A stretch of DNA of 64,000 nucleotides from NCBI GenBank assembly GCA_049516875.1, contig JBEKSS010000005.1, positions 65,983-129,982 on the forward strand, given 5' to 3'. Below, piece by piece: positions 19,422-28,789 of the stretch. How positions within the stretch are numbered: position 1 is the stretch's first letter; each line of letters begins with the position of its first letter. The position numbers were made by a program, and so were the translations under genes. The notes beneath the pieces were generated by a model. It did not search any database. It saw nothing but the letters and a program-made list of their open reading frames with translations, and was not told the origin of the DNA. Source of the DNA: Candidatus Bathyarchaeia archaeon. Lineage in GTDB: Archaea > Thermoproteota > Bathyarchaeia > Bathyarchaeales > Bathycorpusculaceae.

Positions 19422-19574
19422 TCACCTCCGTGCTCTCTTGTTCGTCTGATCTGAGAGATGACCGTGAGGATTGGTCTGTCCAAGATATGTCATCCCATCT
19501 AATCCGCCGAGACGCAAATCTTCAAAGGGGAACCGCGCGATTTCAACCACGAATTGACTGCCTCGATTTTTCAT
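19422..19574 (-). CDS. Small hypothetical protein (50 aa)
   Basis: ATG overlaps the upstream stop (ATGA); ends within the SD of the response regulator. Confidence 0.35.
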   Translation of the reverse strand: MKNRGSQFVVEIARFPFEDLRLGGLDGMTYLGQTNPHGHLSDQTNKRARR

Positions 19575-19903
19575 TTTACAGTTATCTCTCCCTTTTGCAT
19601 TATCCGACTCTTCGCGATCTCCACGCATTCCAGAAAATCCGTGTTTTTGCCCTCCTCAAACTCCAAGCCAAGTTTCTCGTGAAGACGTTTCACAATGATT
19701 TTTTCAAGATAAGTTGCTCCTGGCCCAAAAATGCCCTCTAAGGCTCTTTTGAACTTTGTCAAGTTAGACGGGATGCTCTCTTCCTTCAGCTGAAAGGAGG
19801 TCTCCAAGTGGAAGAGTATTGCTTGTCTGGACGAGTCCCCGAGCAAGCAGAGGCCTTCGTCAACGGCAGAGAGAAGAACCTTGTTAAAGTCATTTTGAGT
19901 CAA
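19571..19903 (-). CDS. DUF3227/NitrOD-like small helical protein
   Basis: LLSAVDEGL..LGDS..ILFHLE..F..ALEGIFGPGA..LEKIIVKRL; paralogue of 20042-20386. Confidence 0.65.
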   Translation of the reverse strand: MTQNDFNKVLLSAVDEGLCLLGDSSRQAILFHLETSFQLKEESIPSNLTKFKRALEGIFGPGATYLEKIIVKRLHEKLGLEFEEGKNTDFLECVEIAKSRIMQKGEITVK

Positions 19904-20041
19904 TTGATGCCCTCGCTGACAACGTGACCTAGGTCTTGAATGAAACTGGATTTGCATTGATAAAACGTTTGTGAACTGTCAATATGGATTGTCAAACCGC
20001 ACTCCACGATAAAGACGCGCCATAGAAAGCATTGAGGGGCT

Positions 20042-20386
20042 CTAGCCCTTCTTCGCCTGCAAATAAGTCCGTTCTACGGCCTTCACATAATCAGCGAATT
20101 TGAACTCCTTGCTCTCATCGAGCTTCAGAATCTTTCCTTTTGACCCCATTTCCTCGTACAGCTTCTTCATTATCAGAACTTCCAAGAATCGTGTCCCTGC
20201 CCCGAAAATCCTCTCAAGTCCATGGTCAAAATCCTCGACTCGACCCGGAATCTCGTCCCTTCTGATGTCAAACTTCTTTTCGAGGTGGAAATAAATCGAT
20301 TGTTTCGCTGAATCACCGAGCGAAGATAAAGCTGAATCCACAGCTTCAAGCAACAGCTTATGGAAAGCCTTCTCTGTCAAACCCAA
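20042..20386 (-). CDS. DUF3227/NitrOD-like small helical protein
   Basis: LLEAVDSAL..LGDS..IYFHLE..F..GLERIFGAG..LEVLIMKKL. Confidence 0.65.
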   Translation of the reverse strand: MGLTEKAFHKLLLEAVDSALSSLGDSAKQSIYFHLEKKFDIRRDEIPGRVEDFDHGLERIFGAGTRFLEVLIMKKLYEEMGSKGKILKLDESKEFKFADYVKAVERTYLQAKKG

Positions 20387-20633
20387 GATTCCTCTGAGGG
20401 AAACCCAGCTTGGGTAGCTATACTGGGGGGTCCTATAAATAAATTCTTCATGAATTTCTAGATTTAATCTCAGAATTACGTTGTTTTCGCGTCTAAAACG
20501 AGTTGAGAAAGCATGGTAATTCCTCGATTTCATTTCAACAGATTCGAACCTTTATTCAGCTGATACTAGATAGAAACCTGCGCGCATCAGCTTCCAGGAG
20601 TGATTGGCATAGAAAAAAGAGGTTGATATTGTC

Positions 20634-20924
20634 TCAGCGTGTCTTCATTGAAGCGATGAATTCATCGATGGGAATTGCAGCCATGCTCGTAATCTTTATT
20701 GTTCCCCTCGAGCCAAGTTCGATTGAAACTCGGGCTATCGTTTTGTTGTCTGGGGCTTCCACAACGTTTGCAAAATCATAAGGCCCGAGAACAGCGTATT
20801 GACTGATGACTCGAACTCCGAAACCTTCAAGTTCCTTGTTGACTTCCTTGATCCTCTCCGGTTTTTCTCTGATTGTTTTCCACCCTTCGTCAGTCAAGTT
20901 GGAAAGCAAAATGTAGTAGGGCAT
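20634..20924 (-). CDS. GYD domain protein
   Basis: MPYYILLSNLTDEG..QYAVLGPYDF..EAPD. Confidence 0.85.
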   Translation of the reverse strand: MPYYILLSNLTDEGWKTIREKPERIKEVNKELEGFGVRVISQYAVLGPYDFANVVEAPDNKTIARVSIELGSRGTIKITSMAAIPIDEFIASMKTR

Positions 20925-21275
20925 ACAAACCACGTTCAAATGCTATGTGGTTAATTAGGATTTCAGCTTTTCGATATTCATCCGCACGAGAAATGGGGAT
21001 GTCTCCGTTGAAATCTTCGCCCAATTGTCTTTTCTTTTCCGTCTTTTCGGGCAACCGATGATACAATTAAGAATACTGTGTCCGTTGCTGCATCAGTTGT
21101 AGTGTTTGGAAACATATTGTTTATTGGTCTGATCCTCTACTCGCTGACTAAGAATGTCCCGCCCGCAACAGGCGATTCCTCGGAGTCAATCTTTTTTAGT
21201 AGCTGGGCATGCTTCGCTACTATTCTACAGTTTATAGAAAGTGGGTAATTTTGGTACTGATGTTTCCTGTTAGAT

Positions 21276-21668
21276 CTATTCAATGTCCCATCTTTTGGTG
21301 ACTTTTACTAGCAAGAAAATTACCAAAGCTACGATGATGAAGGTTATCAAAGCTATGAGAAAGTCTCCATAGAGAAAATCCTGTGAAGAAAAGGTTGCTT
21401 TCGCTACGGCCAAGTTACCAAGTCCCAGTGGATTCAGTATTAACCCTATAATCGGCATTATGAAGTCCTTGACAAGCGCTTGCACCAAGCCTCCAAGGTA
21501 AAGAGCGATAATAAAGCCCGCGGCAAGACCCATGATCTTGTACTTTGATATGAAGTCCATGAACTCACCCCATAGACCCTTTGGTGCTGGCGCGGCGGGA
21601 GCAGGTTTAGGTTCAAGCAGTGTTCGAATCTTCTTGAGTTCTTCTAACATGTCATCCTCTTTTGCCAA
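21276..21668 (-). CDS. mscL: Large-conductance mechanosensitive channel MscL family
   Basis: EFMDFI..MGLAAGFII..LVKDFIMPII..YGDFLIALITFIIVA. Confidence 0.85.
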   Translation of the reverse strand: MAKEDDMLEELKKIRTLLEPKPAPAAPAPKGLWGEFMDFISKYKIMGLAAGFIIALYLGGLVQALVKDFIMPIIGLILNPLGLGNLAVAKATFSSQDFLYGDFLIALITFIIVALVIFLLVKVTKRWDIE

Positions 21669-21909
21669 GATTTCCACCTTGTTGTTATTTCTTTTTGATA
21701 ATCTAATAAGGGTTTGCATCGAGGGGCCAACAGGAATTTGAGCTTTGTGTTCGCCGCGGTTAGGAGCTTTGGAGAATTGAAATCCTCGGAAGATTCAGCG
21801 GTCTGGTGCTTTGGAGGATATAGGTTTCGGACGCACAATGTGAATTATGTCTCTAAGCTTAAATAAAGAGTCAAGCAAGTTTTGACAATCCAGCAGCGAA
21901 GGCGAAACG

Positions 21910-22470
21910 GTGGTTCAGTCTCACAGACCGGGTTTGGGAGAGAAGCTCTTCTTCCTAGCTTCAGGCATAGTCGTCAGCATTCCAATAGCCCTCTTCTTTG
22001 AGCCTTCAATTGCTTTTCTCCGCCACTTTTTTCCGAATCTTCAAGGTTTTCAGGCTGAAATCCTATTGGTCGTTGTTATGGCTCCTTTGATTGAGGAGTT
22101 CGCCAAAGCTTATCCCTTGTTCTATCGTCACGGTGAAAGCCAAAGATCCCTATTCGCCCTGGGATTTCTTGTCGGCCTAGGCTTCGGAATCACCGAGTTC
22201 TTCGAATACGTGGTGTTGCTGAATGTTTCGCCTTTGATAAGGTTGCCAGGAATCTTTTTCCATGCAGCGACCACTTCAATCATAGCCTATGGCATTGCAA
22301 CGAAGCGTTCTGGACTGTTGTATTTGATCGCATTCGCTCTTCATTCCTCGATCAACTTCGTATCAGTATTTGACATGCCCGAATTATTGTACGCGCTTAC
22401 AATGGCAACAGCCTTCCTTCTCTCATTGATCCTCTATACGAAAACTTCAGAGAAGATGATCCCCTACTAG
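21910..22470 (+). CDS. PrsW-family intramembrane metalloprotease
   Basis: APLIEEFAK, GLGFGITE, FHAA and LHSSIN motifs in TM helices. Confidence 0.82.
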   Translation: MVQSHRPGLGEKLFFLASGIVVSIPIALFFEPSIAFLRHFFPNLQGFQAEILLVVVMAPLIEEFAKAYPLFYRHGESQRSLFALGFLVGLGFGITEFFEYVVLLNVSPLIRLPGIFFHAATTSIIAYGIATKRSGLLYLIAFALHSSINFVSVFDMPELLYALTMATAFLLSLILYTKTSEKMIPY

Positions 22471-22595
22471 GGAATTGGAGCCAGTGTTTTAAGAAGATGT
22501 GTTTTTTAGAATGTTCAGGCAGCTTCCGAATCGCGCGAGCCAAGGAGGAAGCCCGTGCCAAAAAAAGAGTGCAGAGTTGCCTGTCAGTTTGAGAG

Positions 22596-22670
22596 TGGGC
22601 CGGGAGAGATTTGAACTCTCGACCTTTCGGTTATCAGCCGAACGCTCCAGCCAAGCTGAGCTACCGGCCC
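22596..22670 (-). tRNA. tRNA-Ile(GAT)
   Basis: GGGCCGGTAGCTCAG...TTCGG-CTGATAA-CCGAA...GTTCAAATC..CCGGCCCA cloverleaf, no intron. Confidence 0.95.
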
Positions 22671-22754
22671 CTGATGGTGTGAACTACTATAAATCGTTGA
22701 CCGTTTTTAAGTGTTTTCGGAACTCTTTTAATTGGTTTGCAGCTATTCTTGAAT

Positions 22755-22830
22755 GGGCCCGTAGCCCAGTCTGGATTAAGGCGCCGGCCTTCGGAGCCGG
22801 AGAACGGGGGTTCAAATCCCCTCGGGTCCG
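22755..22830 (+). tRNA. tRNA-Arg(TCG)
   Basis: GGGCCCGTAGCCCAG...CCGGC-CTTCGGA-GCCGG...GTTCAAATCC..CGGGTCCG; divergent from tRNA-Ile. Confidence 0.95.
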
Positions 22831-23025
22831 CTGAATATTCTTCAGAAAGAAAAATGTCCAGGGATAATCGGAACTGGGTGCGCAGCGGCCAAAGTCTGTT
22901 GCCTGTAGCTCAAGACCATAACTTATAGGCTTAGACGAACTAGTCTTGGTCAAGCACGTTCTAACATCAGGCGAGAAGATAGCCAAGACAAGGAGCGGAA
23001 GATAAATGTGCGCGCTACTCACACA

Positions 23026-23170
23026 ATCTGATAATCATACCCCCTAACGCGCAGAGTACCTCAGAATGATTGATCAATTGGTTAGCTGATCTAAAAATAA
23101 TAGTGGTCTGGTAATAATCATCTGATAATGACACCTCCCCAACGCGCAGTGTGCTTCAGATTCATTGCTC
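23026..23170. repeat. Imperfect ~50-bp direct repeat, 2 copies, period 94 bp
   Basis: ATCTGATAATCATACCCCCT-AACGCGCAGAGTACCTCAGAATGATTGATC (23026-23075) vs ATCTGATAATGACACCTCCCCAACGCGCAGTGTGCTTCAGATTCATTGCTC (23120-23170). Confidence 0.8.
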
Positions 23171-23566
23171 TATTAATTTATTGATTTATTGATCTCAATC
23201 AATTAATCAACACACATTGAGTAGTCTGTGTGTGTTGGTGCGCTGATACAGCAAATGAGTACGTAGATGTAAAGACAGTAAAGTTGGCCAGGTAGCAGGG
23301 GAGTGGTGATATTCCATCTAACGGCTCGAAGATGCCCACGAAGTCGGCAACTGTAAAAAGGGCACCACGTGGATATTTGGTACGTGCTCGGCAAATGTCA
23401 GAGCAGAGAGTGTCTGCTTTTGCCCCGAGCATCGTTGAGGAGTAAAACGGCGTGAAATGCCTGTTCAGGAGCGCGCGTTGGAATCATCGGCAGTATCGGC
23501 AGTGTTTTCCTCATTTTTCTTCCTTTCAAATACGTCTCAACCTGGATGGACTTTATGTGTCTTTAC

Positions 23567-23593
23567 AAAAAAAGGGAGGATGGTGTTGTCCTC
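23567..23593 (-). terminator. Hairpin plus oligo-T terminator of the peptidase gene
   Basis: Minus strand GAGGA-caacacca-TCCTC-cc-TTTTTTT just after the stop at 23607. Confidence 0.55.
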
Positions 23594-23606
23594 GACATCC
23601 GGGGGT

Positions 23607-25910
23607 CTAGCGAGTCTTAAGTACGTCTGCGGTGAAGCTGTAAGATGTGCTTATCCAGTGTTCGAATCCTGGTTGGCTGGCGACCACCATTACAGATGGT
23701 CCAAATGTGGCGATTCTGGTGTCGATTGCTGGTAACAGCGCAGAGCCATCTTGTGTTTTGGGGTCAAGCCACATGTGAGTTATGTAGTCGACGGTCGTTA
23801 CTTTGTGGCCCATGTTCAGCGTGACTGTTTGTATGAAGTTTACGTTGAACTTGTTGTACAGGACTTTGCCGTCCGTTATGTACCATCCGGCGTTGACTGA
23901 CCATGCGCCTTGACCATGTTCAACGTTGTCACTGAAGCCGATTTCCGGTATCTGTATCTGGTCAACGAACCACCCGGTCAACTGGGTTCCTCCGTCGGTC
24001 CAATAGGTGAAGTACAATTCTATGTTGTGACCTGCAAATGGCGTCAAGTTCATCTGTTCTTGGATCCAGCCGCCACTGTTGCCGTTGAATGCATTCCATT
24101 TTCCTGCAAAATAGTAGGCAAAGGGTTCATATGCGTTAGGCGTGTTGGGGTTGTCTTGTGGGTACGGAAGAGTATCGGTAGTTTTTAAGCCCTTGAGAGT
24201 GGTCCATTTACCCGTGGTGAGGTCGTGGACTTCCACGTATCCGTAGTCGAAATCTGGTTCGGTGTCGTAGTACGTCTTGAATTTGAGGGTCGCTCCCCCT
24301 GCGGGTATGCTGAAGGTGTGGCCCAGTCTGAACCATGCCCAGGGCGTCGTTATCGCGTCGGAGTACCATTCGTGTTTTCCTTCGGGTGGCGGTTGGCCGA
24401 TGTAATCTTGACCGTTGAATCTGACTTTCAGTGCAGGTGAGCCATCGTTGAAAATCACGTAGTTCACTGTGTAGGGAAGTTGTGGCAAACCATCTGGGTA
24501 GGGCATTCCTTGATTCGGATACGTATCTACGATCCAGTTGAAATCAAGTGGATAGTAGTATTGGTACATATCCATGTAAATCGGTATGCTTCCCCATCCA
24601 GTTATTGACCAAGAACTGGACGGTCCGTTAGGCATTGGGAAATTGTAGTAGCCGTAGCTCCCGTCACCAACAGTGGCGTCGTTAAGGTAGTTTGCGATGG
24701 ACCAGTCTTTGAATATTTGGTCGAAGTCTTTGCAGATATGCATTCCTTTGAGAGCATCGTTGTATCCTGCGATCCCATGGAGTGTGTCATGCGTGAGTTT
24801 CCAAATGAACTGCGACCCGTAGTGTTGGTAGACGTAGTAGGTGAACAGGCAGGCGGCACCGTAATTCTCCAACATGCCTTGCCAGTCTACAAGTGAAGTG
24901 TAGAACCAGCCCGACAGATAGTAGTCGATGTGGCCTGCTGGGAATCCGTATCCACATACAATCTGAGCCAGTTCAGAGCAGCCTTCATTGACCCAGCTCA
25001 GTTCTCCGGGGTCTAGGTCGCGGTGGATCAGGTGCTGGAATTCATGAGCAAACGTGCCTTCATATTCGTACGGGATAAGCTGGCTCGGCAGGTAGGGCTT
25101 CACGTAATGAGCAAGGTCTCCGTTAATCGGGTGTGCTCCTTGTCGTCTGAACCATTGATATGTGTCAATGTGAATTATGTTTGCATTGTAAAGATTGCTT
25201 ATGTAATCCCAGAAGTAGCCTTCAACGAACCATGCAGCATTATAAGGATCATAGAAAAGTCCGCTTCTGATGTTGAATATCAGTATCTGTACCTTGTAAT
25301 CGTTGAAGGGGCCTGCACGGTCCTTGTACATGCCAAAGAATGATGTGTCAGTGGCCCATATTGTGTTGTCAAACTCGTATGCCAACTCCACTAGTTGGCT
25401 TCCGAAGATGTAGTCACGGTATCCTGGCTGCAAGCGAGTTGATGGCGGGTTGAAGACCGAACTACCTGTCCAGCTCCATGGGTAGGCAAAGTACCATGTA
25501 CTGGTGTTGAAGTCTCCACCGGGGACATACTCGTCTTGGTAGCTCACGGTGGTATTGGTTGGGTCGACCCATACGTCGGGGTCCAAACCTACCCAGATGT
25601 TGCAGTGTGTGCCATTCAGGACATTCACGAAATCCAAAGGATAGAGTGTACCATAGTATTCGTCACTGACCATCACAGTCCACGGAGAGTGGGGGGTAAG
25701 TTGGGGCTCGAAACTCTCAGTTGTTGCGTGTTCGAGGAATTCTGATCCGTCAAATGCCAAAGCCTCGCCGTCCGTTGACGGTTTAGTTATCTTGGGGTGT
25801 GACATTCCTTTAATGGGTATACTTGTTTGTGTCGAAGCTGTCGTATTGTTCATAGGTATTAGAGATGCTAGAAACACTGCGACAATTACAATTGCAAGTA
25901 GTTTTTTCAT
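23607..25910 (-). CDS. Secreted zinc metallopeptidase (M30/M6 immune inhibitor A-like)
   Basis: Signal peptide, AHEFQH + WVNEG motifs, C-terminal InhA-like YDTEPDFDYGYVEV..FTYWTD..GWFVD domain. Confidence 0.82.
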   Translation of the reverse strand: MKKLLAIVIVAVFLASLIPMNNTTASTQTSIPIKGMSHPKITKPSTDGEALAFDGSEFLEHATTESFEPQLTPHSPWTVMVSDEYYGTLYPLDFVNVLNGTHCNIWVGLDPDVWVDPTNTTVSYQDEYVPGGDFNTSTWYFAYPWSWTGSSVFNPPSTRLQPGYRDYIFGSQLVELAYEFDNTIWATDTSFFGMYKDRAGPFNDYKVQILIFNIRSGLFYDPYNAAWFVEGYFWDYISNLYNANIIHIDTYQWFRRQGAHPINGDLAHYVKPYLPSQLIPYEYEGTFAHEFQHLIHRDLDPGELSWVNEGCSELAQIVCGYGFPAGHIDYYLSGWFYTSLVDWQGMLENYGAACLFTYYVYQHYGSQFIWKLTHDTLHGIAGYNDALKGMHICKDFDQIFKDWSIANYLNDATVGDGSYGYYNFPMPNGPSSSWSITGWGSIPIYMDMYQYYYPLDFNWIVDTYPNQGMPYPDGLPQLPYTVNYVIFNDGSPALKVRFNGQDYIGQPPPEGKHEWYSDAITTPWAWFRLGHTFSIPAGGATLKFKTYYDTEPDFDYGYVEVHDLTTGKWTTLKGLKTTDTLPYPQDNPNTPNAYEPFAYYFAGKWNAFNGNSGGWIQEQMNLTPFAGHNIELYFTYWTDGGTQLTGWFVDQIQIPEIGFSDNVEHGQGAWSVNAGWYITDGKVLYNKFNVNFIQTVTLNMGHKVTTVDYITHMWLDPKTQDGSALLPAIDTRIATFGPSVMVVASQPGFEHWISTSYSFTADVLKTR

Positions 25911-25934
25911 TCTCCTTTTCTCCTATTTTAGTCG

Positions 25935-25948
25935 CGTATTATAATACG
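25935..25948. promoter_or_regulatory. Perfect 14-bp palindrome over the probable TATA box of the peptidase gene
   Basis: CGTATTATAATACG, 25-38 bp upstream of start 25910. Confidence 0.5.
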
Positions 25949-26307
25949 AGGTCACAGTTTTTGAATTTTGTGGAGAAAAGTTCTATGGGATGCCAAGCAC
26001 GTTGCAGTTGACTGTCTTGCCTTGATTTCCTTGATGGCAAGCGCAGGCGAAAGCAGAACAGTTTTGTGTTTACCTTCTAGAAGCACCACAGCCGCAGCTC
26101 GCCACAAGAATGAAAATACTAAATATCGTGACGCCACGATTTGACCCCAATTTCTCTCAGGCTTCGCCAGCATTTCGTGTGCAGAAGTTCACCATGAAAA
26201 ACCCATAAAACCTAAACGCCACGAAAACAGCGGGTGTGAGGTAGCACGACGTTAGAAAAGGCTTCTGTGTGCAGACTGCACAGCGCGCGAGTCCGGATAC
26301 GTGCCCA

Positions 26308-26706
26308 TCAGATTGCGTGCTTTGTTCTGAACACTATGACTCCAAGCACTGTTGCGATCATGAATAGTAGTAGAACGAGTATTGATGGAAACTCTGGAAT
26401 TGTGGACGTAGCCGAGCGGATCATTCCAGTTGCATCGGAAGGTATTCGGCCACCTGTGTCTGGGGAAACCGCTGAATAGTCGACAAGGAACTTGTTCTTG
26501 AAGCCATGGTACGTGTGCAACGTCAAGTTATGCGGATATTCTTCAACAGGTTGAATATTGAAACTCGGACCAAAGTCGTCACTGTGCGGGTCAATGATGC
26601 CCCGTAAAGCTGGTGTTAGTTCAATCGCCCTCACTTCTTGACAATTAATCAGCACACCCAATATGAGAAGAGCTAGAACAGTTTCTAATGCAAGTTTACT
26701 TCTCAT
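26308..26706 (-). CDS. Small surface protein with PEF-CTERM-like sorting signal
   Basis: N-terminal signal peptide; C-terminal TIPEFPS + TM helix + basic tail (RTK). Confidence 0.6.
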   Translation of the reverse strand: MRSKLALETVLALLILGVLINCQEVRAIELTPALRGIIDPHSDDFGPSFNIQPVEEYPHNLTLHTYHGFKNKFLVDYSAVSPDTGGRIPSDATGMIRSATSTIPEFPSILVLLLFMIATVLGVIVFRTKHAI

Positions 26707-26939
26707 ACTACCTCTACCTGTATCTTTTTGTTGCGGTTTATATGAGTTCTGGAAAAATCCTCTACGAAACTATCGTGTCGATGATGCCTCAAATCTGGGT
26801 GCTGGCATCTATCTTTGACTCAGTGATAATATTAGGCAGACCGCAAAGTATGAAACTGACTGCCGGTCATGGAGGCTTCCGATGCACTTCGAGGAAGCAC
26901 CTAAATATTGGGCAACCCAACCTAAGACAGGTGACTCTA

Positions 26940-27218
26940 TTGAAGCTTCTACTTGATGAAATGTATGCCGGCCTGAAGGAGTACTTCGAAACGCTCGGAT
27001 GGGAGGTACAGACAGCTCAGGATGCTGGGTTGAAAGGCGCAAGCGACAAGGACATAGTTGAATACGCCAAGAGTCACAATCTGCTGCTGATAACCCAAGA
27101 TCAGAAACCAGCAGAACTGGCCGAACTGGTCGGAGTAAAATACGTGCTCATATCGAACGCGATGATAGCTAGGATAGCTGACGCAAAAATAAAAGAAAAA
27201 TACTTGAACAGCAGATAA
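26940..27218 (+). CDS. DUF5615/Mut7-C PIN-like protein
   Basis: KLLLDEM..L..LGWEV..GASDKDIVEYA..LLITQD; SD GGTGA before TTG. Confidence 0.8.
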   Translation: MKLLLDEMYAGLKEYFETLGWEVQTAQDAGLKGASDKDIVEYAKSHNLLLITQDQKPAELAELVGVKYVLISNAMIARIADAKIKEKYLNSR

Positions 27219-27235
27219 ATACCTAGAGGATTTAC

Positions 27236-27514
27236 ATGTCAACAGTTGAGGTTACGGTGAAAAGTCAGAGGGGCAAATGCGTCTTCGGGCATAACGTGGG
27301 CGACAAAATCGTGTTTGACGGCAGGTCCGTTAAGGGCGACGTCTGCTACAGCGCTCTGATGGTTCTGCTTCCTAAGGTTTACGCGATGAGGTACGACGCG
27401 AGCTTCCCGTGGGCTAGGGACAAAGACGCAATCTGCAACGCCTGTCCAGACGGAGAGAACCCAGTCGTTTTCGAGATTCGAAGAGTTCGAGAAAAGGCTG
27501 CGGGCAGGCAATGA
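27236..27514 (+). CDS. TIGR04076-family Cys-containing protein
   Basis: GKCVFGHNVGDKI..VCYSA..ACPD..NPVVFEIRR. Confidence 0.75.
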   Translation: MSTVEVTVKSQRGKCVFGHNVGDKIVFDGRSVKGDVCYSALMVLLPKVYAMRYDASFPWARDKDAICNACPDGENPVVFEIRRVREKAAGRQ

Positions 27515-27522
27515 AGAAAGCG

Positions 27523-28599
27523 TCATTGAACAAGTGTTCTCTGTTTTTCGGCTGAGACAAGGTTTGAAACCCTTACGCCAACGAGTCTGACTCTCCTCCC
27601 TGGTTTAAGATAAGGTTGGAGAAGCTCCCTTGCCGTTTTTTCCACGTCCTGCAGTCGATTCGTGATGAAGGACAGTGTCCTGCCGTGCATGTGAGTTTCG
27701 AAATTTTCGTAACGAACGCGGATTGTGATGGTCCTGAATTGGACACGTTGTCTCAGAACATCTTCCACGACCTCTTCTGAAAGCCGGTCAAGGGTCTTCA
27801 AGACAGCCTCAAAGTCAGTCGTGTCTTCTTGGAAAGTCGACTCTCGGCTTATAGACTTAATCCAGCTTCTTTCTTGGACCTCACTGTTGTCGATTCCGCG
27901 GGCCATCAGATGAAGCTGTTTCCCCACCTCGCCGAAAGCGTCAGCTAACACAGTTGGGTCACAACGAGCCAAGTCTTCTATAGTCTTTATTCCCATGCTC
28001 TCGAGTTTTTGCCCAGTCTTCCGGCCAACCCACAGAAGCTTACGCACCGGCAAAGGTGCAAGAAACCTCTCAACGTCTTCCTGTTTGACGATGGTCAGGC
28101 CATTGGGTTTTTGAAAGTCGCTCGCTATTTTGGCGACCAGCTTGTTTGAGCTTATTCCCACCGAACCGGTCAGCTTTTCCGTGGCGCAGATTTCATCCTT
28201 TATCTGCCGAGCCAGAGCCTCTGCTGACGGATAACCCTCCAACTTTGAGGTCACATCCAGAAAGGCTTCATCAATGCCCCATTGTTCAAACTTATCAGCG
28301 TGTTTCCGCAGTATCTGCATGATTTCATTTGATACTCTCGCGTAGAGTTCGTAGTTAACAGGCAAGTAAACTGCTTCTGGACACAGTTTCCAGGCCCTAG
28401 AGATGGGCATGCCTGACTTTATGCCAAACTTCCTAGCCTGGTAATTGGAAGTGCTTACGACACCCCTTCCTGTCCCCCCCTTTGGGTCGGCTCCCACAAT
28501 TACTGGCTTATCTTTGAGCTCCGGATGCTCCCTCTCCTCCACAGCAGTGAAAAAATGGTCCATGTCAAAATGGAATATTATCCTTCTTCTCTCGCTCAT
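27523..28599 (-). CDS. dinB: DNA polymerase IV (Y family)
   Basis: FHFDMDHFFTAVE, NYQARKFG, GIDEAFLD, AKIASDFQKPNG, VRLVGVRVS. Confidence 0.95.
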   Translation of the reverse strand: MSERRRIIFHFDMDHFFTAVEEREHPELKDKPVIVGADPKGGTGRGVVSTSNYQARKFGIKSGMPISRAWKLCPEAVYLPVNYELYARVSNEIMQILRKHADKFEQWGIDEAFLDVTSKLEGYPSAEALARQIKDEICATEKLTGSVGISSNKLVAKIASDFQKPNGLTIVKQEDVERFLAPLPVRKLLWVGRKTGQKLESMGIKTIEDLARCDPTVLADAFGEVGKQLHLMARGIDNSEVQERSWIKSISRESTFQEDTTDFEAVLKTLDRLSEEVVEDVLRQRVQFRTITIRVRYENFETHMHGRTLSFITNRLQDVEKTARELLQPYLKPGRRVRLVGVRVSNLVSAEKQRTLVQ

Positions 28600-28789
28600 G
28601 ATGTTCCTTATCCGATTAAAATGCTCTGGTGTCAAGAAGGATGCCCACTGATTTCAATCTATCTAATCTATCAAAGGAAATGGGCATTTGCTGCCTCTGG
28701 TTACGCGCATCCAAACTAAAGATTCTGCATTCATAATCCTTAATGCCTTCAACAAAAGACAGTAAAGCCAATTTGCCTGAGGAACAGCA

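Noticed and set aside
23026-23170. CRISPR mini-array
   Set aside because: Only two ~50-bp units with many mismatches and no cas genes in the window
22831-23600. RNase P or SRP RNA
   Set aside because: I could not find the RNase P GAGGAAAGTCC-type signature or the SRP helix 8 motif on either strand
25952-26300. 73-aa minus-strand ORF upstream of the peptidase
   Set aside because: No recognisable motif or RBS; runs into the peptidase promoter
22755-27500. Integrated element at tRNA-Arg (or other tRNAs)
   Set aside because: No integrase, and I saw no duplicated tRNA 3' end in the window
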